Assembly: GCA_044450345.1 (NCBI GenBank)
Contig: JBIOIY010000003.1
Location: forward strand, 96,001-160,000
From: Thermodesulfovibrionales bacterium
Lineage (GTDB): Bacteria > Nitrospirota > Thermodesulfovibrionia > Thermodesulfovibrionales > UBA6898
DNA length: 64,000 nt
Direction: 5' to 3'
Part shown: positions 37,783 through 45,809 of the stretch, piece by piece
Numbering within the stretch: the stretch's first letter is position 1
How the letters are laid out: each line of letters starts with the position of its first letter
The notes under the pieces: generated by a model
What the model was told of the DNA's origin: nothing
Databases searched by the model: none
Seen by the model: the letters and a program-made list of their open reading frames with translations, nothing else
Position numbers and translations under genes: made by a program

Positions 37783-38990
37783 AAAAAGACTTCATATTTA
37801 CATCCGAATCGGTTACCGAAGGCCATCCTGACAAACTCTGTGACCAGATCAGCGACGCACTTGTCGACCACTTCCTTCAGCAGGACCCCTTTTCGCGGGT
37901 CATTGCCGAGTGCGCCGTATCAACAGCGATCATTTTCATCGCCGCGAGGTTTTCATCCGACGCCAGTGTCGATTTCCCGAATATCGCCAGACAGGTCATC
38001 AACCAGATCGGGTATGACCAGCAGGCTTTTAACGCGAAGACCTGCAGCATCGTCACAAGCCTCAAAGAACTGCCCTCCGCAGAGGACCAGCGCTTTGACG
38101 AGAGGAATCTGACGGAAGATGAAATTGACGCTATCCCCGTCCGTAATCAGGTCACCGTATTCGGATTTGCCTGCAACCAGACACCCTCGCTAATGCCCCT
38201 TCCGATCTGGCTCGCCCATCGACTGGCACGAAAACTTACCGCAGTGAGACTCCAAAAAGTGCTTCCCTATCTGGCGCCCGACGGAAAAACCCAGGTCAGC
38301 GTGGAGTATAAGAATGGAAAGCCCTACCGGATCCACACCATAACGGTCATAGCCAGTCAGAACAAGACGGAGAAGTCGGGCGGTCCAGACCTTAAGAGAC
38401 TTTATGATGATATGCTGGATACCGTCATTCGTCCCGCCTTTCTTGACGAGGAGATCAGACCCGATGCCGGCACAAGGATATTCATAAACCCCGATGGTCC
38501 TTTTATCACGGGCGGACCCTCAGTGCATTCAGGGCTCACAGGGAGGAAGAATGCGATCGACACCTATGGTGAATATTCCCGGCAAAGCGGCGCGGCCCTC
38601 AGCGGCAAGGACCCTCTTCGGATAGACAGAATCGGCGCGTATGCCGCCCGGTATGCGGCAAAGAATATCGTTGCCGCGGGCATCGCCGACGAATGTGAAA
38701 TTCAGTTGAGCTATTCCATAGGGCTGTCCCGTCCAGTAAGCATTCAGGTAGAGACATTCGGCACAGGTCGGATTTCCGACGAAGAGATTTCCAGAATTAT
38801 CGAAGGCCTGTTTGATTTCCGCCTCGCAGGGATTGTCCGCCAGTTCAACCTCAGATTTCTCCCCTCCATAATCAAGGGAGGCTTTTACAGGAAACTTGCC
38901 TCTTATGGTCATGTTGGCAGAATGGATATCGGTCTTCCCTGGGAATTGACGGATAAGGCCGGCATACTTCGTGACGAAGTTGCCGGGTGA
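37779..38990 (+). CDS. Divergent S-adenosylmethionine synthetase (MetK) paralog
   Basis: FTSESVTEGHPDK, PDGKTQV, GLTGRK, SGKDP and YGHVGR are retained; GAGDQG is replaced by VRNQV; ATGA overlap with the ATPase gene. Confidence 0.9.
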   Translation: MKKDFIFTSESVTEGHPDKLCDQISDALVDHFLQQDPFSRVIAECAVSTAIIFIAARFSSDASVDFPNIARQVINQIGYDQQAFNAKTCSIVTSLKELPSAEDQRFDERNLTEDEIDAIPVRNQVTVFGFACNQTPSLMPLPIWLAHRLARKLTAVRLQKVLPYLAPDGKTQVSVEYKNGKPYRIHTITVIASQNKTEKSGGPDLKRLYDDMLDTVIRPAFLDEEIRPDAGTRIFINPDGPFITGGPSVHSGLTGRKNAIDTYGEYSRQSGAALSGKDPLRIDRIGAYAARYAAKNIVAAGIADECEIQLSYSIGLSRPVSIQVETFGTGRISDEEISRIIEGLFDFRLAGIVRQFNLRFLPSIIKGGFYRKLASYGHVGRMDIGLPWELTDKAGILRDEVAG

Positions 38991-39083
38991 GAGACTTATG
39001 ATAGCCGGGTACGTGTCGATCCTTCCGGTGGCCCGTTAAGAAGGCATCTACCGGTTGTAAGCGCCCCGCTTTTTTTGTTCTCC

Positions 39084-39139
39084 TGTAACGAAAACTTCAC
39101 GGTAGCGTCAACTTCCCTTAACGTTCCATCCGTTACAAT
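39084..39139 (+). promoter_or_regulatory. Pho-box-like promoter (olsB/olsA-like pair)
   Basis: TGTAAC-N5-CTTCAC-N5-CGTCAA-N5-CTTAAC-N11-TACAAT. Confidence 0.75.
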
Positions 39140-39173
39140 TCACCTGTCAATTTCTTCGACAGGGAGGTGCGAC

Positions 39174-39968
39174 ATGTATCACGATGCCAAAACGAATTTT
39201 ATGATGACGCAGGGTCGCTTTCTGGTAAAGCTGGCGGAGGACCGAAGTGAGTTGGAAAAGGCTCTGAAACTCAGATTTGAGGTGTTCAATCTCGAACTCA
39301 AGAAAGGGCTCGCCATATCCTACCTTAATGGGATGGACACGGATGAATATGATAAGTACTGCGCCCATCTCATCGTAATCGACGCTGACTTCGACAGGGT
39401 GGTCGGGACCTACCGGTTATTACCTGGTTTTGTTGCTGAATTCAATGTCGGATACTATTCGGAAAACGAGTTCGATATGACCAACATAAAGAACCTGCAA
39501 GGGGAAAAACTTGAGCTCGGCCGATCATGCGTGCACAGGGACTATCGAAACGCCCAGGTCATTAACCTGTTGTGGGCGGGTATTGCAAGGTACGTGGAAT
39601 TGTATAACATCCGTTATTTATTCGGATGTGCAAGCCTTTGTTCCTCGGTCACGGAAGAGGTCAGCCTTGTCTATTCCTACCTCTCCCGTCATCACCCTGC
39701 CGAACCTCGTTATTCCGTATATCCGCTGCAGAAAGTAACTGGACTGCGCATGCTCCAGGTCGAAGACCGGAGAGAGGCATTGAAAATGCTGCCGCCGCTC
39801 ATAAAAGGGTATACGTCCCTTGGCGCAAACATTTGCGGAAAGCCATCGTACGATGCCATTTTCGGAACTGCTGATTTCTTCGTTCTCCTCCAGACGGAAA
39901 AAATTATGGCCCGCTACCGGAAGAAGTATTTCCAGGAACAAGAGGAAGCGTTGTGCCCCGTATCATGA
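39174..39968 (+). CDS. OlsB-like GNAT N-acyl amino acid synthase
   Basis: 'LRFEVF..E', 'DTDEYDKYCAHL', 'VVGTYRLL', 'YYSENEFD', 'LELGRSCVHRDYR', 'LFGCAS' and 'PPLIKGY'; GGGAGG SD before ATG 39174. Confidence 0.85.
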   Translation: MYHDAKTNFMMTQGRFLVKLAEDRSELEKALKLRFEVFNLELKKGLAISYLNGMDTDEYDKYCAHLIVIDADFDRVVGTYRLLPGFVAEFNVGYYSENEFDMTNIKNLQGEKLELGRSCVHRDYRNAQVINLLWAGIARYVELYNIRYLFGCASLCSSVTEEVSLVYSYLSRHHPAEPRYSVYPLQKVTGLRMLQVEDRREALKMLPPLIKGYTSLGANICGKPSYDAIFGTADFFVLLQTEKIMARYRKKYFQEQEEALCPVS

Positions 39969-40759
39969 GGGCGGGCAAAGCACTGTGCTTGGCGGTGTTG
40001 CATCTCGCATGTCTGTTGACCGGGTTGGTCATCGCGGTCCCCTTTCTTGTCAGCCGCGACCGGAAGGCCAGAGCAAGGGCCGGGGGTATGATGATCTGGG
40101 CAAGATGCGCGTGTTGGATACTGGGCATAAGGATTCATCGCACGGGTTCATGTCCTCCCGTCAAGGGCATGTTTGTGGTCAGCAACCATAGCAGTTATCT
40201 CGATATCATTGTTCTCGGAAGTTTATTTCCCGCAGTTTTTTTGGCGAAGAAGGAAGTCGGGTCCTGGCCCCTGATCGGGTGGCTTGCGCGGCTTGCAGGT
40301 ACGCGCTTTGTCGTGCGGGAATCGAGAAAGTCCACAGCGGACGCGCTTGAAAATATAAAACGGCTACTGGATTCCGGAATGAATGTGATCGTTTTTCCTG
40401 AGGCTACTACCAATGATGGGACAATGGTCAGGGACTTCAAGAGTTCCCTTTTTAAAGCTCCTGTTGACATGAAGATACCGGTGCTGCCGGTCAGCGTCAT
40501 GTACTCGCACGTGAACTCAATCGCCATGACCCCGGAGATGCGGGACTCTGTTGCGTGGTACGGGGAAATGGACCTTATTCCTCATCTTTGGGATGTGCTT
40601 GGCCTGAAGCGGATTGATGTCAGGGTGCACCGCTGCCCTGTGATACGGGAGGTCCTGGCTGAGGACAGCTCCAAAACCAGGAAGATACTAGCCGCTTTCG
40701 CCCATAGCGAAGTCATGTCAGGATTGGAAAGTCTGAGACTTGAGATATCCTCTTCCTAA
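39953..40759 (+). CDS. Lysophospholipid/lyso-ornithine lipid acyltransferase (PlsC/OlsA-like)
   Basis: NHSSYLD (HX4D), FLAKKEV, FPEATT and FKSSLF. Confidence 0.88.
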   Translation: MPRIMRAGKALCLAVLHLACLLTGLVIAVPFLVSRDRKARARAGGMMIWARCACWILGIRIHRTGSCPPVKGMFVVSNHSSYLDIIVLGSLFPAVFLAKKEVGSWPLIGWLARLAGTRFVVRESRKSTADALENIKRLLDSGMNVIVFPEATTNDGTMVRDFKSSLFKAPVDMKIPVLPVSVMYSHVNSIAMTPEMRDSVAWYGEMDLIPHLWDVLGLKRIDVRVHRCPVIREVLAEDSSKTRKILAAFAHSEVMSGLESLRLEISSS

Positions 40760-40793
40760 GTTTAGACAGAAGTGCTCAATGACAGCCCCACAC

Positions 40794-41132
40794 TCATTCT
40801 TCGCCAAATCCACCTTCAACAGCCTCGATTACCTTTTCCGCAACTCCCAGGGCTTTTTCCGTTGTTTTCTCTACCCGCTCGTCGCACGTTTCTGCCTCGG
40901 TTAGACGGAAATAGCCGTTTTTTTCGAGAATCCCGATGATCTGTTCGCAATTGATTTTTTTCTCATCAAAGTGAATTATCGCACTTCCAGTAGCAGCATG
41001 AATCTCTGTCGCCGATATGCCATTAAGTCCTTTTATGAATGTTTCAAACTCTTTCGTTTTTACGGCATTATCATGAAGTATGGGTGATTCAATTCTCATC
41101 CTGCCAGGAACGTAATGAATATAGTATTTCAT
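40794..41132 (-). CDS. Cys-less HMA-like (HMA2-type) protein
   Basis: 'MKYYIHYVPGRMRIESP...ATGSAIIHFD...ILEKNGYF'; paralog of 50993..51361. Confidence 0.72.
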   Translation of the reverse strand: MKYYIHYVPGRMRIESPILHDNAVKTKEFETFIKGLNGISATEIHAATGSAIIHFDEKKINCEQIIGILEKNGYFRLTEAETCDERVEKTTEKALGVAEKVIEAVEGGFGEE

Positions 41133-41243
41133 ATATAACCATGATACCACTCCACTTATATCAAATGATAGAATTTATTGAATGTCATAATCCTCCCTTC
41201 TACAGGCCTTCTGCAATGTCTACTATAAAGGTCCCAACGCTGA

Positions 41244-41861
41244 TTAAATGATCTGTTCTATCCCTATGGCAATCAATAAGAGACCCGCCACAACCGAGGC
41301 CTTTTTGGATATATTCCATTTTATAAAGAATTCTGCGACGTAGTTCCCCGCCCATAGAGCAAGAAAACTGAGCACCGCAGACAAAAATCCTACCCAAAAT
41401 GAGTTAAGTCCAATCATCCCGGCGCTTACCCCTCCTCCTACATTGTTTATCGAAAGCGCAATGCCAAGGAAAGTTGCTTCTCTGAAATCGATATGTTTTG
41501 AATTATCCATATCAGCCTTTTTGGGATCCATCAAAACATGAAAGGCACTTTTCTTGTTTGCCTGGACAGACTCGGCAGAACAATCATTGTTTTTTTTCAG
41601 GTATGGTTCTAATATCATCCACAAGCCGATGGCGGTAAGCAGCAACATCGCTATCAGAGAGGATAGTTGCTTACTGATAACTCCTGATATTATTGTTCCT
41701 GAGAAAGCTGCAACGAATGAAATGACAAAGGTAATTACAGAAATCCAAAGATTTATCGGAGTGGATATCCTCACTCCTCGAATGCTATAGGCGATTCTGA
41801 CACCTATATTGTCAAAATTATTCATTAAGGCAATAAAAAACGTATAAAAAAAATGATGCAT
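41244..41861 (-). CDS. YtaF/MntP-family membrane protein (putative Mn2+ efflux)
   Basis: Two repeats 'ALMNNFDNIGV..AY' and 'GIALSINNVGGGVSAG'; 'KADMDNSKHIDFREA'. Confidence 0.7.
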   Translation of the reverse strand: MHHFFYTFFIALMNNFDNIGVRIAYSIRGVRISTPINLWISVITFVISFVAAFSGTIISGVISKQLSSLIAMLLLTAIGLWMILEPYLKKNNDCSAESVQANKKSAFHVLMDPKKADMDNSKHIDFREATFLGIALSINNVGGGVSAGMIGLNSFWVGFLSAVLSFLALWAGNYVAEFFIKWNISKKASVVAGLLLIAIGIEQII

Positions 41862-42119
41862 TACATTGGTCCTTTCAGTGCGGAAACACACTCTAGAGTG
41901 GGATATTAATTTTTCTCAGGTCGCGGAAATACCGCCCGCATATTGTGGGCTACTTAACAATAGCCGGAGCTCACCATAATTTTGTCTAAGTCCTCAACGA
42001 CCTGTTGTTTCCCAAGTATATCAGTTGTCGAGTTGATCTAGAGTATATCCATAGGCAAGTAATGAAAAAATCCTTGCTCACGCCCGAAACTCCGGATAAA
42101 GCATACTCCGGAAAATGCA

Positions 42120-42344
42120 TTATATTGCTATGGCCAAAACAAAAGGCGAGATTAAAAGGATAAATCCGGTCCAGAAAATCCATCTCTCTTTTACTGATAG
42201 ATTGCTCCAGTATATCTCAAGTAAAGAGTTTTCACCCGATTTAATAGCCCCCGCTTTTGAAATGATCCGGCTCTCAACATAGCTTACTTCTATAGCGCCT
42301 ATTGCGCACAAGCTACTAATTATTATTTCTGCAGTTTTTACCAT
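42120..42344 (-). CDS. Small hypothetical membrane protein
   Basis: Two hydrophobic segments; lies in an AT-rich stretch. Confidence 0.35.
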   Translation of the reverse strand: MVKTAEIIISSLCAIGAIEVSYVESRIISKAGAIKSGENSLLEIYWSNLSVKERWIFWTGFILLISPFVLAIAI

Positions 42345-42705
42345 ATTGTATCGCCCCGATACAAAATTATTAAGGCGCCTTTCTCAGATCGACTCTTCAT
42401 CGCAGAACGTGAAAAACAAAGAGTATTCGGTCTCTTCATAAGTAAAGAATAACAATTTTAACTATCAAATTGAATGCAATCATAGGCAGATAATGAAAAA
42501 ACAGCAAAGGTTATCTCACATCGTCAGGAGCTTTGGTGATACACTTTAATCAGGAGAACAGATAAAGCCAAAGCCTCCCGGGAGGGAGGAGAAGAGTCGG
42601 GTACTACAAGCAGAGTTCGGCGCCTTTTCAGTGGATAAGGCAATGACAATTCGGCCTAGTCACGTATAAACATTTTTTTGTGCCTATTGTAGGCGGGGGT
42701 GTGTA

Positions 42706-43302
42706 ATGAAAGCTGAAGCAACCAGTAACGTAAATGTTCGTGAAGAAATCGGCAAGGCGGGAACGACCGTCAAAGACGGAATGATCAGCAGCTTGAAAGG
42801 GATTAATGAGATCGAAGCAGAGATTGTAAGCCTGGTCCGAAACACAGTATCCCATACGTTTCATGCAGGCGGCGAAGTCGCACAGGAGAGTCTCTCACTC
42901 ACCAGGGAGGTGGTGAAAGGCGCAATAACTGCCGCTGAGGAAGTCGGCACAGGCCTGATCATGAGCACAAAAAGTGTAGCAAAAGGGATAGTGATGGGAG
43001 TAAGCGATGTCGGCGGTGATGCGGTTGCTGCCGCAAGCCAGACTGTAAAAGGCGCGGTAAAGGGAGCCGCGGAGGTCGGCGCTGATGTTGCGCTGGTAGC
43101 CAGGAGAACAGTTGATGGCGTCATCGAGGCGACCAAAGAAATAGGTGGAAATGCGGAAGACGTTGCGAAAGTGGTTGTGGAGGGTGCAATCGAAGCTGCG
43201 GGCAGTATCGGAAACACTGCGGTGAAAGCGGTAAGGGAAATGTTGGTCGGCGTTGTTGAGGGAGTAAAGGAAGTTGCAAATGCGGCCCTTCCGAAGCGAT
43301 AA
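42706..43302 (+). CDS. Second 22-residue Gly/Ala/Val repeat protein, lacking the basic tail
   Basis: Near-identical stretches to 34030..34710 (NEIEAEIVSLVRNTVS; QTVKGAVKGAAEVGADVALVARR). Confidence 0.82.
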   Translation: MKAEATSNVNVREEIGKAGTTVKDGMISSLKGINEIEAEIVSLVRNTVSHTFHAGGEVAQESLSLTREVVKGAITAAEEVGTGLIMSTKSVAKGIVMGVSDVGGDAVAAASQTVKGAVKGAAEVGADVALVARRTVDGVIEATKEIGGNAEDVAKVVVEGAIEAAGSIGNTAVKAVREMLVGVVEGVKEVANAALPKR

Positions 43303-43387
43303 CATGCAATAGAAGGGCGATGACGGAGGAGTCTTCTCGCTTTCCAATGGTTGTCTTCACTCTTGTTTTTGTAAGAATGAGGGAGTC

Positions 43388-43609
43388 ATGACAGGTGTAT
43401 GCCAGTACGATAATGATGCGGAAGAGAGACAACATTCCAAGGCTATCCAAATGCTCGCAGGGCAATTAGGCATGCCCGAGAAGGAGATAAGAGAACTTTA
43501 CGAGGAAATTCTCTGTAGTATCAAAGAAGGGGCAAGGATAAAGGATTATCTCACCGTTCTGGTGAGTCGCAACGTAAGAGATTCGATAAGAAGGAGTACC
43601 CTTCAGTAA
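43388..43609 (+). CDS. DUF3562-like small three-helix protein
   Basis: 'ARIKDYLTVLVSRNVR' signature; GGAG SD. Confidence 0.6.
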   Translation: MTGVCQYDNDAEERQHSKAIQMLAGQLGMPEKEIRELYEEILCSIKEGARIKDYLTVLVSRNVRDSIRRSTLQ

Positions 43610-43680
43610 AATTCGGGAATGAAGCCGGCTGAGATGGAAGCCATTGGGAGAGGGAACGCGCTACTATTGACAGCCCGACT

Positions 43681-44064
43681 TCACTTTACGGTTTTTTTGA
43701 GCGTTTCTTTTGCCTTCCTTAGGGGCTTTTTTCTGGGCGTCGCGTTGTTGCGCTTTGGTTCAGGTTTACCTTCAAGTTTTAGGACCTGCATTTCGAGTTT
43801 TTTGATTCCGGCTTTAATTGCTTTCACCTTGTTATTGAGCATGGGATTTTTGACTTTTCCGCTCAACGCATACACTGTTCCGCCCAGTTCTGAAAATTCC
43901 TTTTGCACTTTTGTCTTCAGCTCATAAAGCTGATACCGACGTTTCCCTTCCTCGGTGAGTTCTTCTGCCTTTTTCTTTACAACGGAAGCCCCCTCCTTCA
44001 CAATAGCGATGCCTTCTTCGACGCCTTTTTGCAAATCATCCCTAATTTTTGTCCAAAAATCCAT
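43681..44064 (-). CDS. Coiled-coil hypothetical protein with a Lys-rich tail
   Basis: AAAGGAG SD before ATG 44064; MDFWTKIRDDLQKG...; tail RKKPLRKAKETLKKTVK. Confidence 0.7.
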   Translation of the reverse strand: MDFWTKIRDDLQKGVEEGIAIVKEGASVVKKKAEELTEEGKRRYQLYELKTKVQKEFSELGGTVYALSGKVKNPMLNNKVKAIKAGIKKLEMQVLKLEGKPEPKRNNATPRKKPLRKAKETLKKTVK

Positions 44065-44443
44065 TTGTTCTCCTTTGCTCTCATTCATCAATAGACAGTC
44101 AATGATTTGACGGCACCCTACACAAATACCTCATCATCTGCTTTCAATAAGGCTATCATATAATTCAAAGCTCTGCAATCGCGATAGCCGGCCATGATGA
44201 GCGCAGACGACTCTTTGCACGTTCTTTTTGAAATCACCGATACAAAAATTTCTGCCCCCCCCTTCGGGAGCATGCGCTGCCTCTTACTCAGCAGTGTCGT
44301 ATTCTGAACCCGTCAAGGTCACTGATGTCATTGCTCCGGAAGGAAACGCCTTCCATTTTCGGCCGATAGAACTTCCTGAGAGGCACCTGCAAATTTGAAC
44401 GTCAGCACCTGGATTGTTTTACAATTTTTTCCCTGTGCTCGGT

Positions 44444-44953
44444 TCAGTTGAAAAAAAGGTAGTCGCTACCTTTTTTGTCCCCATGACACGATATGCAGCT
44501 TTCCGGCTTGCCCGATTCCAGCACGTATCCGTTAAGGGAATCATACTTTACCCAGAACCAGTCACCCGCCTCAGGATTATAGCCTTTCACCTTAAACATC
44601 ACGGTCAGCGCCTTCAGTTTCTTGTCGGCGGCATATTCTTCATTGATAATGCAGGCTCCATCAGGCATTTCCTTAATCTCCTTGATGGAGGCGAACGCGG
44701 CATCGTTCACATAGGTTGTCTGGAACGGACTGTGGGGATCATTACCCGCATGCAGTTTGCCTGTTCCCGGCCAGAGATTAAACCTCTCGTAATAAGGTTT
44801 AGGTAGCGTCATAAATTTGTAAAGCTTTGCAGCATCGGAACCGGGGTAAACAGTCTTGGTGCCGTCCACTTGGGTTTGATGGATAGCGTATGCACTATAC
44901 ACGCCACCAAGAACTAGAACTATCACCAGAAAAGTCAACAATGTCTTTCTCAT
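44444..44953 (-). CDS. Cytochrome P460 / c'-beta family periplasmic c-type cytochrome
   Basis: GAGGAGG SD before ATG 44953; signal peptide; 'TYVN...MPDG', 'VMFKVKGYNPEAGDWFW' and a C-terminal CISCH. Confidence 0.8.
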   Translation of the reverse strand: MRKTLLTFLVIVLVLGGVYSAYAIHQTQVDGTKTVYPGSDAAKLYKFMTLPKPYYERFNLWPGTGKLHAGNDPHSPFQTTYVNDAAFASIKEIKEMPDGACIINEEYAADKKLKALTVMFKVKGYNPEAGDWFWVKYDSLNGYVLESGKPESCISCHGDKKGSDYLFFN

Positions 44954-45123
44954 CTTATTAACCTCCTCAGATTTTTTTTTCGTGTCTCTCATGGAGAGCT
45001 CTCGTCGCATACCCGAAATCAAGCAGAGCGGCCCCAACGAATACTGCCATCGCAATCTTCTCACCGTGAACCCCTCTCATCGCTGCCTTTCAGCCGCAAA
45101 ATACTCTACCTCCCATTAACTTC

Positions 45124-45178
45124 AGTGTAGCATTCCATTGTTACAGGAACATATCAGAACTGTTAAATGAGCGTTAAA
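45124..45178 (-). promoter_or_regulatory. Pho-box-like promoter (cytochrome P460-like gene)
   Basis: Minus strand TTTAAC-N5-TTTAAC-N5-TGATAT-N5-TGTAAC-N10-TACACT. Confidence 0.7.
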
Positions 45179-45180
45179 TT

Positions 45181-45432
45181 ATGGGCGAGGTCATTCATCC
45201 CGAGATGGTAAGCATTGCCGGAGGCCTTCGAGTGCTCATAGTCGAAGATGAAGCTCATCGGCCCGATGAGAACAAAGAATCGTCGTATCTATTCGAAATT
45301 GAGTTGCAATCGGAGGCAAGTAATGAAAATTTTGGAAGGCACATTACTGTTCCCTTCGGGCGGCTCACCAAGAAGGGGGCACTTAAACTGGCTCCAGCAG
45401 CGGTTAAATATGCTCTCAAGAGACAAAAATAA
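45181..45432 (+). CDS. Small hypothetical protein
   Basis: 83-codon ORF with no SD or motif; weak support. Confidence 0.3.
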   Translation: MGEVIHPEMVSIAGGLRVLIVEDEAHRPDENKESSYLFEIELQSEASNENFGRHITVPFGRLTKKGALKLAPAAVKYALKRQK

Positions 45433-45525
45433 CGAAGACAACTAAGATATTTAAATTTGTAATAATTCCAATAAATACTTCTAAATTGAAAAATATCTGA
45501 TGGCGTGATAACTTGAATCAAGAGG

Positions 45526-45718
45526 ACCGATAAAGCCAAACCTTCTGCGAAGAGGGGGCGGAAAGCGGCGGGTCTTGCCCCTCTTCCGAAGCCGCGAATG
45601 GAAAAAGGATCACCTGAGGCACATTCTTCTTTTACCGGAGGGGAACTCGGCAAAGCCGTTATAAGGAAGACGAGGCAGAAAAAATCGAAATGAACGTTGT
45701 GACTCAGCGGTTTGCAGC
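45526..45718 (+). ncRNA. c-di-GMP-I (GEMM-I)-like riboswitch with an atypical or extended 3' half
   Basis: 'cgataaagccAAACCttctGCGAagagGGggcGGAAAGcggcGGGTC' matches the GEMM 5' half (AAACC, GNRA loop, GxAAAG); a possible 3' strand 'gactcagcggtttgcag' lies ~125 nt later. Confidence 0.5.
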
Positions 45719-45809
45719 TGGAGGCGCGTGGCAAGACGCAGATTAGTGAGGAAGATACCTACTGCTCGCCTTTCTTGCTGCACCTGAAAAAACAGAGAGA
45801 AAAGAATTC

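Noticed and set aside
37779..38990. Assigning the gene symbol metK
   Set aside because: The methionine-binding residues and the GAGDQG motif are substituted, so the function is uncertain.
41160..41190. Possible Fur box upstream of the HMA-like gene
   Set aside because: Only about 9 of 14 positions match the 7-1-7 consensus, in AT-rich DNA.
42559..42625. Second GEMM-like riboswitch (gataaagccaaa followed by the cctccc-GGGA-gggagg hairpin)
   Set aside because: It shares the 5' words and a GNRA hairpin but lacks AAACC, GxAAAG and a recognisable second stem; at best a relic.
33130..44091. Magnetosome gene cluster
   Set aside because: No recognisable mamA, mamB, mamE, mamK, mamM or mamQ core genes in the window.
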